DNA of 64,000 nucleotides from Polyangiaceae bacterium (lineage in GTDB: Bacteria; Myxococcota_A; Polyangia; Polyangiales; Polyangiaceae): positions 3,104,001 through 3,168,000 of the forward strand of contig CBDCTZ010000016.1 in the NCBI GenBank assembly GCA_965222375.1, written 5' to 3'. Below are positions 28,544-37,156 of this stretch, one piece after another (the stretch's first letter is position 1; the number at the start of each line of letters is the position of its first letter). The notes below the pieces were generated by a model. The model was not told where the DNA came from, searched no databases, and saw nothing but the letters and a program-made list of their open reading frames with translations. The translations under genes were made by a program, and so were the position numbers.

Positions 28544-29296
28544 GTGCCTCGTCCAACCTACATAGCTTGGCTACTCTCGACGTTGGCGAGCGCTGCGTCC
28601 GCCTGTGGTGGCTCGGACTCTCGCGTCCGCAGCGGCAACACCGGTGGCGCTAGTACAGGTGGCAGCAACACCGGTGGCGCTAGTACGGGCGGTAGCAACA
28701 CGGGTGGCGCGAGCACCGGTGGCGGCAATACCGGTGGCGCTGCTGCGATGAGCGGAGGTGGCGCCAACAAATTTCCGTGCGACAGCCCCCAACCGATCGT
28801 GTTGGGCGGGCAAGACACGGGGCTCGAGACATGTGCGAAAGAAACCGTCAAGCGGCAAGAGGCGAAGACCTGTCCCGATCTCAGGCCCAGCGCCAAGCCC
28901 TGTGCTGCAGCAACGACGGAATGCACGACCGATGGCGACTGCAAGGCGAACCCCAACGACTATTGCCGGTACCATGCGTTTGCGGGACCGGGGTCGTCAT
29001 CCATCTGTAGATGTGCGCCCGGCTGCACCATGGACTCGGATTGTCCAGCGGGGCAGGTGTGCCTCTGCGACGACCCGATAGGCGATTGTGTCCCAGCGGA
29101 TTGCGCGACCTCCGCGGATTGCAGCGCCGGATTCGACTGCATCATATCCGTCGCAGACTGCGCGCGGTCCCAACTGCACTGCCAAACCCCCACGGACGAA
29201 TGCCTCAGCAGCGACGACTGTTCCCCTCAGCAATACTGCGGCGTCGGGACCGAAGGTAGTCTCGTCTGCAAAACTGGCGGTTGCGGCGGCGCCTAG
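28544..29296 (+). CDS. Cys-rich lipoprotein with GGSNTGGAST tandem linker
   Basis: Lipobox ASAC, 30-bp tandem repeats at ~28634-28741, C..D.DC repeats; start approximate. Confidence 0.65.
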   Translation: MPRPTYIAWLLSTLASAASACGGSDSRVRSGNTGGASTGGSNTGGASTGGSNTGGASTGGGNTGGAAAMSGGGANKFPCDSPQPIVLGGQDTGLETCAKETVKRQEAKTCPDLRPSAKPCAAATTECTTDGDCKANPNDYCRYHAFAGPGSSSICRCAPGCTMDSDCPAGQVCLCDDPIGDCVPADCATSADCSAGFDCIISVADCARSQLHCQTPTDECLSSDDCSPQQYCGVGTEGSLVCKTGGCGGA

Positions 29297-29564
29297 CGCG
29301 TGAGCTTCAGGGTTCTCGTTGGGGTTTCGCTCTCAGGGCTGATACTCGTTGGCGTCGGAATCGCACAAGCCTACGCGTTTCTCGCCACCCTGGTAGAACT
29401 CGCTGCAGTCCTGGGTCACGTCGATAGCGGGGCTGCCGGCGGCCCTTGACAACTCCCCCTCTAGGAGGTTGGAAGGTCGAGAAAGTCTTTGACTTCTTTC
29501 CGAGGCGATCCCGTTTCAGATCGTCCGGTTCACCGTGGCTGAGGCGCCGCGTCTTGGCCTCGCG

Positions 29565-29606
29565 CGAGAGTAGTGGCCCTGGACGCCACAGTGAACCGAC
29601 CCCAAA
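29565..29606 (-). repeat. Dispersed bipartite repeat copy
   Basis: Reverse complement reads TTTGGGGTCG-N17-GGGCCACTACTCTCG. Confidence 0.7.
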
Positions 29607-29653
29607 TACCCATGCTCAGACTCGGGAGCAGACGGGGATGTTAGGAGCACACC

Positions 29654-30148
29654 ATGGGCGAAGACAAACGTGCGGTTCTGCTGGTGGCTCATGGAAGCCC
29701 GGCGCGGGATCTACCGCGTGCGCTGCTCCAAGAAATGCGCCAGATACATGGCAAGGCGGATAAATCGCCGAGTGATGTTAGACGCGCGCGCGAGCTCGAC
29801 GACCAGGTGCGCCACTGGCCTCGCACCGCATGGAGCGATCCGTATCGCGAAGGCACGGAAGCCTTGGTGAGGGAGTTGCAAACCGTTCTGGGCGACACGC
29901 CCGTGAGTGCAGCCTACAACGAGTTCTGTGCGCCGAGCATCGAGGAAGCTGTCGCGCGGTTGGTTGGAGCGGGATTTTCTCGTGTCGACGTGTTTTCCAC
30001 CATGATGACTCCTGGAGGCGGGCACTCGGAGCGTGACATTCCGGCCGCGTTGAAGCGATGTCGCGAACGGTTCCCGAGTCTGGAGCTGCACTACCGCTGG
30101 CCCTACGACTTGAGCTTGGTGGCGCGCGTGATCAAGGAGCAGCTATGA
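29654..30148 (+). CDS. CbiX/SirB-type (short) chelatase
   Basis: LLVAHGS, AYNEFCAPS, GGGHSERDIP; SD AGGAG. Confidence 0.8.
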   Translation: MGEDKRAVLLVAHGSPARDLPRALLQEMRQIHGKADKSPSDVRRARELDDQVRHWPRTAWSDPYREGTEALVRELQTVLGDTPVSAAYNEFCAPSIEEAVARLVGAGFSRVDVFSTMMTPGGGHSERDIPAALKRCRERFPSLELHYRWPYDLSLVARVIKEQL

Positions 30149-30289
30149 CTGAAGTTCGAGACTGCGGCACCCCCTGCATGGAGCGGGCGCAGCCCAATCC
30201 AATGCTCGGCAGTCGAGTGCTCTCGGGGGAACCGAAGGCTGTCCTTGCTCGGGGTCAAGCCTCGATGGCACCAGCGCTTCCCGGTCGCG

Positions 30290-31495
30290 TCAGGGGTCGA
30301 GCCGCAACACGCCGGCCGCAGTGTATCCCACGATGCTACCGCCTGCGGTGATGCCCACTTCGTAGGCGTAGGTCGATAGGCCCGGAGTGTTTGGAATGGA
30401 CACGGGCGGAGTGACGTCCGCGAACGTGGCACCTGCATTCGTGCTGCGCCACACCGAATGCCCGGACGCCCGGTCGTTGACCACAACCGTCTTTCCAGCG
30501 GGCCGCGGGTCGACCTGGAGAACCCAGAATCCATTGGGCAGCGCCTGCACCGAGCTGAAGCTCTTGCCGCCGTCGGTGGATAGATAGATCTCCCGGCCTT
30601 TGCCGCTGCCGCCCAGGGCAACGAAGCGAGCGGGATCCGACGCGAAACTGCGCACCGTCGACGCGCTCGTTCCCGCGGGAAGCGTCGCTGCGCTGCAGCT
30701 CGCTCCCTGGCAGCTGTAGATGCCGTCTTTGCCGCAGGCGAATACATTGTGGGTCGCGGTGTGAGCGAAATCCGAGACCGCATTGCAGCCCGCGGGAGCC
30801 TTGACCGGCGTGAAGTTCACTCCGAAGTCCGTAGATGTCTGGATTTGACCGTCGACGCGAGCCAATAGCAGACCCCCGTCCCAAGCCAGGTGGTCGAGCT
30901 GCACGATGCTCTTCAGCTGAAACGCCTTGCCGCCATCGGTAGATGTGGCGAGGCGCCATAGGTCTTTGTAGTCGAAGCCGTAAGGGAAACCGAATGCAGC
31001 GCCGAGGTTGTTCGGCTGCTCTGGGTCCCAGACCAGCCCGTGGCCATCGATGTTCGAGGTGTCTGGAATGTCCATGATCTTGGTGCTGCTGAAGGTCTTG
31101 CCCGAGTCGGTACTGGTTGCCACCGTGACCGAGAGCGCCTGCCCTGGTGCCGAGGGCGACTGCTCGATCAAGAATGCGATCGTGTTCGGATCCGTCGGGT
31201 GGCCGGTGACGGCCTTCACGCCATGGAGCTGGTTGTTTTCGATGACGGTCCAAGTGCTCGGGGTGCCTCCGCCCGTTCCACCGCTGGCGCCACCCGTTCC
31301 ACCTCCCGCCGCGCCGCCGCTGCTCGCAGCGCCAGCGCCCCCATTGCCGCCGCTGGCGCTGCTGCCCCCAACAGCACCCGTGCCACCAACGCCCCCGGTC
31401 GACCCCGCGTCGGCGCTGCCGCCGCCTCCCGAGCCGCTGGAGCAAGCGAGGCTTGCCAACGAAATCGCCAACAAATAGCTGGAGCGCAGGGTCAT
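30290..31495 (-). CDS. Lipoprotein with BNR/Asp-box repeats (beta-propeller)
   Basis: Lipobox SLAC, Gly-rich linker, repeated STDGGKSF/STDSGKTF/STNAGATF. Confidence 0.75.
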   Translation of the reverse strand: MTLRSSYLLAISLASLACSSGSGGGGSADAGSTGGVGGTGAVGGSSASGGNGGAGAASSGGAAGGGTGGASGGTGGGTPSTWTVIENNQLHGVKAVTGHPTDPNTIAFLIEQSPSAPGQALSVTVATSTDSGKTFSSTKIMDIPDTSNIDGHGLVWDPEQPNNLGAAFGFPYGFDYKDLWRLATSTDGGKAFQLKSIVQLDHLAWDGGLLLARVDGQIQTSTDFGVNFTPVKAPAGCNAVSDFAHTATHNVFACGKDGIYSCQGASCSAATLPAGTSASTVRSFASDPARFVALGGSGKGREIYLSTDGGKSFSSVQALPNGFWVLQVDPRPAGKTVVVNDRASGHSVWRSTNAGATFADVTPPVSIPNTPGLSTYAYEVGITAGGSIVGYTAAGVLRLDP

Positions 31496-31591
31496 GGGGC
31501 CATTCGTTGCAGCTCGGGGCCATACATTCACAGTTCCGGGTCGGAGCCGACGGCCCTGGCTCCTTCCAGCGTCGCCGCGATGCCTTGACCG

Positions 31592-32842
31592 TCAGCTCTC
31601 GGCGGAGCTCAGCAGCTCGCGGCCGCCGTCGCGCGTATCGGGCAGCGCCAGGGACGAAAACGCGGATACCAATACGAACCCCGCCGCGCTCAGCAGGCAT
31701 AGCTGCAGACCGCCGAGTTGGTACAGCAAGCCCGACAGCAGAGTACCGATCAGGCGCCCGCCCGCGTTGGCCATGTAGTAGAAACCGACATTTGCGGCGA
31801 CCTTGTCGGAATCCGTGTACGCGAGCACCAGGTAGGAGTGCACCGCGGAGTTGACTGCGAAGACGGCGCCGAACACGGCTAGCCCTACGAGTGCGACGAG
31901 TTTGGGATCCTGCTGAGCTGATAAGGCGTAGGCGATTCCCAAGGGCACGAGCACCAGCAGGAACGCCCACAACTGTGCAGGACGGGCTTCATTGTGTTCA
32001 GGCCCGTGACGCAGGAACCTCGGTGCCAGGGTCTGCACAGCTCCATAGCCGACGACCCATAGCGCCATATAAGTGCCGACCTGCACGAAGCTGAAGTGCA
32101 GTGCTTCGTAGAGGAATACGGGCAAAGCCACCACGAACCATACGTCGCGAGCGCAAAAGAGAAACATGCGAGCCAGAGACAACACGTTGATGGCGCGAGT
32201 CTTGGATAGCAGCTGTGAGAACTTCAGCTTGGCTTTGGCGCGACCCAGGTCCGACGGTAGGAATGCACCGGCGACGGCAGCGGCAACTATTACGCTAGCC
32301 GCCAGCGCCCACAGGGACTTGTCGAATCCGAGCCAGGCAAGCAGGGCGCCGCCGACGAAGAAGCCCCCGCCTTTGAGGGCATTCTTGGAACCCGTGAGCA
32401 GCGCAACCCAGCGGAAGAGGGTGCCGGGCGCGTCCTTGGGCACCACCAGTTTGATCGCGCTCTTGGAGCTGAGCTTGGTCAGATCTTTGGCAATACCGCT
32501 GATGCCTTGAGCTAACAGCACGTAGACGACCTGCTGGGCTACGGGCCATTGCGCGCTGAGCAGGCTCAACATGACGAGCGCTGAGACCTGTAGACACAGG
32601 CCCGCAATGAGCGTGGTCTTGAGCCCGATGCGCGCAGCTAAGAAGCCGCCGAGCAGATTGGTCACAGCGCCGAATACCTCGTAGAGCACGAACAGCAGCG
32701 CCAGGGAAAACGGTGTGTACCCCAGGGCGTGAAAGTGCAGCAGCACCAACATGCGCAGGGCGCCGTCCGTGAGCGTGAAGGCCCAGTAGGCCCCGGTCAC
32801 GACCATGTAGTTGCGCACTCCGATGGCGTTTGCGGTCGCCAC
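31592..32842 (-). CDS. arsJ: Organoarsenical efflux MFS transporter ArsJ
   Basis: YWAFTLTDGALRMLVL, SGIAKDL.K, LTGSKNALKG, ARDVWFVVALPV, VGFYYMANA.GRL; downstream of gapdh. Confidence 0.9.
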   Translation of the reverse strand: MATANAIGVRNYMVVTGAYWAFTLTDGALRMLVLLHFHALGYTPFSLALLFVLYEVFGAVTNLLGGFLAARIGLKTTLIAGLCLQVSALVMLSLLSAQWPVAQQVVYVLLAQGISGIAKDLTKLSSKSAIKLVVPKDAPGTLFRWVALLTGSKNALKGGGFFVGGALLAWLGFDKSLWALAASVIVAAAVAGAFLPSDLGRAKAKLKFSQLLSKTRAINVLSLARMFLFCARDVWFVVALPVFLYEALHFSFVQVGTYMALWVVGYGAVQTLAPRFLRHGPEHNEARPAQLWAFLLVLVPLGIAYALSAQQDPKLVALVGLAVFGAVFAVNSAVHSYLVLAYTDSDKVAANVGFYYMANAGGRLIGTLLSGLLYQLGGLQLCLLSAAGFVLVSAFSSLALPDTRDGGRELLSSAES

Positions 32843-32844
32843 CG

Positions 32845-33858
32845 TCAGCTCAGACTGCGCGCCACGAGCCTGGCCAGCTCGCTCATACGATGCACGTAGC
32901 CCATCTCGTTATCGTACCAGGCCAGGATCTTCACCTGGGTGCCGTCTACTACCATGGTCGAGGGCCCGTCTACGATGGATGAGCGCGGATCGTTGAGGTA
33001 GTCGATGGACACTAGCGGGCGAGTTTCGAAACCAAGTATCCCAGCCAGGGGACCGCTTTCGGATGCCCCCTGCAGGAGCGAGTTGACTTCCTGTTTGCTG
33101 GTGGCGCTGTCGACTTCGAAGACGCAGTCGGTCAGAGATGCATTGAGCAATGGCACCCGAACCGCGACGCCGTTGAGCCGGCCCTCGAGCTCTGGGTAGA
33201 TCATGCCGATTGCGGTGGCCGAACCCGTGCTGGTCGGGATCAGCGAGAGCAGCGAAGAACGCGCCCGACGCAGGTCCTTGTGGGGCCCATCGACCACGGT
33301 TTGAGTGTTGGTGACGTCGTGGATCGTCGTGATCAGCCCATGACGAATGCCGAGCCCTTCGTGGATGACCTTGACCACCGGAGCGAGACAGTTCGTGGTG
33401 CAGGAGGCCGCCGTGATCATGTGGTGCTTGTCGGGCTGGTACAGGTCGTGATTGACGCCGACTACGATGTTCAGGGCGCCCTCCTTGACCGGAGCAGCGA
33501 CGATGACTTTCTTCACGCCGGCGTCGAAGTAGGGTGCGAGGCTATCGGGGGTGCGAAACTTGCCGCTGCATTCCAACACGATGTCCACGCCATGCTTTTG
33601 CCAGGGCACAGCACCCGGTGTGGTGTTGCGCGTGTAGCCGAGTTTGGATTCGCCGAGGCTCAAACTGGCTTCATCGTGGTTCGGGCTCTGCGAAAAGCGG
33701 CCGTGCACCGAATCGAATTCGAGCAGGTGTGCGGACAGCTCGGCGGTGGCGTTGGGCTCGTTGATGAGCACATAGTCCAGTTCGGGCCAGTCCCAGGACG
33801 TGCGGAGGGCCAATCGCCCCATACGTCCAAAGCCATTGATGCCAATCCGTACGCTCAT
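32845..33858 (-). CDS. ArsJ-associated glyceraldehyde-3-phosphate dehydrogenase
   Basis: [37 protein letters not shown]; located between arsR and arsJ. Confidence 0.92.
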   Translation of the reverse strand: MSVRIGINGFGRMGRLALRTSWDWPELDYVLINEPNATAELSAHLLEFDSVHGRFSQSPNHDEASLSLGESKLGYTRNTTPGAVPWQKHGVDIVLECSGKFRTPDSLAPYFDAGVKKVIVAAPVKEGALNIVVGVNHDLYQPDKHHMITAASCTTNCLAPVVKVIHEGLGIRHGLITTIHDVTNTQTVVDGPHKDLRRARSSLLSLIPTSTGSATAIGMIYPELEGRLNGVAVRVPLLNASLTDCVFEVDSATSKQEVNSLLQGASESGPLAGILGFETRPLVSIDYLNDPRSSIVDGPSTMVVDGTQVKILAWYDNEMGYVHRMSELARLVARSLS

Positions 33859-34187
33859 GCCACTGCTCCCGCTTTGCCCCGCTCTGGCAAACACACTTCG
33901 GGGTTTCCGCCGCAGCAGTCGTTACTCAAAAACCCAATCAATTCGTTCATGGTGTCGAAGCGCGCGACGTAGCGAATGCTTCGCCCCTGCCGCCGCGCCT
34001 TGAGCAGCCCCGCCCGCGTCAGGAGCTTGAGGTGGAAGGACAGCGTGCCCGGTACCACGTGGAGCCGTTCCGCGATCGCGCCGGCGGCGACGCCTTGGGG
34101 CCCCGCGGCGACGAGCAATCGAAACACCTTGAGACGAGATTCTTGAGCGAGAGCGCTCAGAGCATCCAGAGCCTGGTCGGAGTTCAT
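33855..34187 (-). CDS. arsR: ArsR/SmtB family repressor with C-terminal CC..C As(III) site
   Basis: [33 protein letters not shown]. Confidence 0.9.
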   Translation of the reverse strand: MNSDQALDALSALAQESRLKVFRLLVAAGPQGVAAGAIAERLHVVPGTLSFHLKLLTRAGLLKARRQGRSIRYVARFDTMNELIGFLSNDCCGGNPEVCLPERGKAGAVA

Positions 34188-34189
34188 GT

Positions 34190-34213
34190 TTCGATATTTA
34201 TAATAATATCAAA
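34190..34213. promoter_or_regulatory. AT-rich inverted repeat, probable ArsR operator
   Basis: GATATT-N6-AATATC (34193-34210) just upstream of the arsR start. Confidence 0.6.
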
Positions 34214-34358
34214 ATATAGTCAAGGCCGTACGTCCGAGGAGGGCCCCTCACCACGCCATCCCAGCGGGTCCCCGACGCATTTTCCAGTTGACTCGAACGC
34301 AAAACTGCTCCCCAGCGCAAACCCAGCAGGAGGCCAAGCAGCCGTACTGCGGGGTGCC

Positions 34359-34385
34359 TAAAGGCAACTCCGATCCGACCGAATG
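34359..34385 (+). promoter_or_regulatory. Probable sigma28 (FliA) promoter of the che operon
   Basis: TAAAG-N14-ACCGAATG followed by SD AGGAAGGAG. Confidence 0.6.
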
Positions 34386-34410
34386 AGATACAGGAAGGAG
34401 TTATTGCTGA

Positions 34411-36705
34411 ATGGCGGAAGAAATCGTCGAGGAGTTCCTCGTCGAGAGCCGTGAGGGGCTCGACCGAGTGGAGCGTGACCTGGTCACTCTCGAGCAGGAT
34501 CCCGCAGCCGGGGAGGTCGTCGATCGCATCTTCCGAGATGTCCACACCATCAAAGGCGTGTGCGGCTTCTTGGCGTTCAATAACCTCGAGCGAGTCGCAC
34601 ACGCCGCCGAAAACGTCCTGGGCAAGATCAGGGCCAACGAACTTGTCGTCTCCAAGCAGGTGATCGGAGCGCTCCTTGGCACGGTCGACGCGATTCGGCG
34701 GATGCTCGAGCTGATCGAGCGGACGGAGTCGGACGGGGATGAGCCCTATGCAGAGCTCGTCGCGCAGCTCACGTCGATGATTGAGCCGGCACCCGAGGCG
34801 TCCGCCCCCGCGGGCGACCAGCCAAGCTCTGTTCGACCCCTTGGCGAGGTGCTTGTTGCCCAGGGCGTGCCGCAACAAGCAATTGACGACGCGATTCGGG
34901 CGCAGGAGGAAGGCGACCCGCGGCGTATTGGCGAGATCCTAGTCCGGCGCGGCAGCGTCCGCCCGAAGGACGTGGCCGATGCTCTCGACGTACAAGACCA
35001 GGCGCGACAAGACATTCTGAGCGCCAAGGACGCGACCATTCGCGTCAGCGTCGATCTGTTGGACAAGTTGATGAACCTGGTGGGAGAGCTCGTCTTGGTT
35101 CGCAACCAGATTCTCCAGACCACGCTCGACACCAATGACGTTGTCGCAGGAAACAACGCGCAGAGGCTGAACCTGGTTACCACCGAGTTGCAGGAAGGTG
35201 TCATGAAGACTCGGATGCAGCCCATCGGTACCGTCTGGGGGAAACTCCCGCGGGTTGTACGTGATCTGGCGAGTGCCTGCGGCAAGCGCGTGCGCCTCGA
35301 GCTCGAAGGCAGGGATACCGAACTCGACAAGACCATCATCGAAGCGATCAAGGACCCGCTCACGCACCTGGTGCGAAACGCTTGCGACCACGGGCTGGAG
35401 ACGCCAGCGGAGCGCACCTCGGCCGGCAAGCCTGCGGAGGGAGTCCTTCGCTTGCGGGCCTACCACGAAGGGGGGCAGGTTATCATCGAGGTCTCTGACG
35501 ATGGCAGGGGCATCGACGCAGGGAAAGTCAGGGAGAAGGCTTTCAAGAAGGGATTTCTCACGCCGGGTCAAGCCTCCGCCATGGGTGAACGCGAGGCACT
35601 GAATCTGGCGTTCCTGCCAGGCTTGTCGACGGCCGAAAAAGTGACGAACGTGTCTGGTCGTGGCGTCGGAATGGACGTCGTCAAAACAAACATCGAGCAC
35701 ATTGGTGGGACAATCGACCTGAACAGCAGCGTGGGCGTGCAGACGACGATCCGCGTCAAGATCCCGCTCACCCTCGCCATCATCCCGGCGCTAGTTGTCG
35801 GCTGCAAAGGCGACAACTACGCGATCCCTCAAGTGAGTCTCGTGGAACTCGTACTCCTCAGGGGAGACGAGCGGGATCGTGTCGAGCACGTGAACGGCAC
35901 GCCAGTCTACCGCCTGCGTGGGAAGCTCCTACCCATCGTCTTTCTCTCAGAGCAGCTCGGCCTTGGGGAGGGCGAAATGGCAGGTCAGGGCGACGTCAAC
36001 ATCGTCGTGCTTCAAGCAGACGGTCGGCAGTTCGGTGTGGTTGTCGACGAGGTGCGCGACACAGAGGAGATCGTCGTCAAGCCCTTGGGCAAGGAACTCA
36101 AAGGCCTCGGCGCGTACGCCGGAGCGACGATCATGGGAGACGGTGCAGTCGCTCTCATTCTTGACGTGCTTGGACTTGCCCAGCGTGCGCGCATCGTCTC
36201 CGAGAAGGGGCAGGGGGTCGTCGAGGATGCTCAGGTTTCGGAGGAGTCCGCGACCGTCGAAGCGGAGTCCCTCTTGCTTTTCGATGCGATCCAAGGGGCG
36301 CCGGTTGCGATCCCCCTTGCGCGGATAGACCGGCTAGAGGAATTCGCCAGCGCACGGGTCCAGACCCTCGGTATGCGCGACGTGGTGCAGTATCGCGGCA
36401 TGATCATGCCGATTGTTCACCTCGGCCAAGCGGTGTACGGGGTCCCTCTGGCCGAGGCGCGCCAAGGTGACACCTGGCAGGTGGTTGTGATTCGGTGCGG
36501 CGAAACCGTGCTTGGGTTGGTCGTTGATCGACTGGTGGACATCCTCGATGCCCGATTCGAGCTTCGCCCCGTGGGGCGGCGCCACGGAATTCTAGGAACG
36601 GGCATTGTTCAGGGACGGGTCGTGGAGATGCTCGACGTGGACACGATCTTGGCGACAGCCGTGCCGGAGCTCACCGAAGGCCAGTCATGGTCGGAGGCTA
36701 GCTGA
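34411..36705 (+). CDS. cheA: Chemotaxis histidine kinase CheA (Hpt, MshEN-like, dimerisation, HATPase, two CheW domains)
   Basis: IFRDVHTIKG, LDKLMNLVGELV, HLVRNACDHG, DDGRG, SGRGVGMDVV, PLTLAI. Confidence 0.95.
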   Translation: MAEEIVEEFLVESREGLDRVERDLVTLEQDPAAGEVVDRIFRDVHTIKGVCGFLAFNNLERVAHAAENVLGKIRANELVVSKQVIGALLGTVDAIRRMLELIERTESDGDEPYAELVAQLTSMIEPAPEASAPAGDQPSSVRPLGEVLVAQGVPQQAIDDAIRAQEEGDPRRIGEILVRRGSVRPKDVADALDVQDQARQDILSAKDATIRVSVDLLDKLMNLVGELVLVRNQILQTTLDTNDVVAGNNAQRLNLVTTELQEGVMKTRMQPIGTVWGKLPRVVRDLASACGKRVRLELEGRDTELDKTIIEAIKDPLTHLVRNACDHGLETPAERTSAGKPAEGVLRLRAYHEGGQVIIEVSDDGRGIDAGKVREKAFKKGFLTPGQASAMGEREALNLAFLPGLSTAEKVTNVSGRGVGMDVVKTNIEHIGGTIDLNSSVGVQTTIRVKIPLTLAIIPALVVGCKGDNYAIPQVSLVELVLLRGDERDRVEHVNGTPVYRLRGKLLPIVFLSEQLGLGEGEMAGQGDVNIVVLQADGRQFGVVVDEVRDTEEIVVKPLGKELKGLGAYAGATIMGDGAVALILDVLGLAQRARIVSEKGQGVVEDAQVSEESATVEAESLLLFDAIQGAPVAIPLARIDRLEEFASARVQTLGMRDVVQYRGMIMPIVHLGQAVYGVPLAEARQGDTWQVVVIRCGETVLGLVVDRLVDILDARFELRPVGRRHGILGTGIVQGRVVEMLDVDTILATAVPELTEGQSWSEAS

Positions 36706-36706
36706 G

Positions 36707-37156
36707 ATGGGACAGTACTGCACATTCCATGTGGCGGACCTTCACTTCGGGGTCGAAGTCGAGCGAGTACAGGAGGTTCTGCGCCATCAGTGCATCACGC
36801 GCGTACCCCTCGCAGATGAGGTTGTCCGCGGCCTGATCAACTTGCGGGGAGAGATCGTTACCGCACTCGATTTGCGACGTAGACTCGGGCTCGCCGACGG
36901 CGACAGCATCGAGGAGCTAATGAATGTGGTCGTTCGCACCCCAGATGGCGGTGCGGTCAGTTTCCTCGTCGACAGGATTGGCGATGTTGTTGATGTTCCG
37001 AGCAGCCAGTCGGAGGCACCACCCGAGACTCTAGACGGGGTCACCCGCGCGCTTGTTCGTAGCATTTGCAAGCTCGATGGCAGCTTGCTTCTGATTCTCG
37101 ACACCATCGAAGCGCTGAAGTTTACGAATGGCGAAGAGCGCCAAGGGAGCAACTGA
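36707..37156 (+). CDS. cheW: Chemotaxis coupling protein CheW
   Basis: [28 protein letters not shown]. Confidence 0.93.
   Translation: MGQYCTFHVADLHFGVEVERVQEVLRHQCITRVPLADEVVRGLINLRGEIVTALDLRRRLGLADGDSIEELMNVVVRTPDGGAVSFLVDRIGDVVDVPSSQSEAPPETLDGVTRALVRSICKLDGSLLLILDTIEALKFTNGEERQGSN

Noticed and set aside
28634..28741. 30-bp tandem repeat as an independent element
   Set aside because: Encodes an ordinary Gly/Ser/Thr lipoprotein linker
29446..29653. Cobalamin or NiCo riboswitch upstream of the chelatase
   Set aside because: No AGGGAA / CCCGCAACTGT / B12-box or NiCo core motifs seen
30336..31970. Long alternative-frame ORFs (e.g. 544 aa here, 37165-38580, 1542-2789, 49204-50412, 62688-63791)
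   Set aside because: Shadow frames of real genes in high-GC DNA, with no recognisable motifs
32845..33858. Housekeeping glycolytic gapA
   Set aside because: Context (arsR, arsJ) and the TIHDVTNTQ variant indicate the arsenate-associated enzyme
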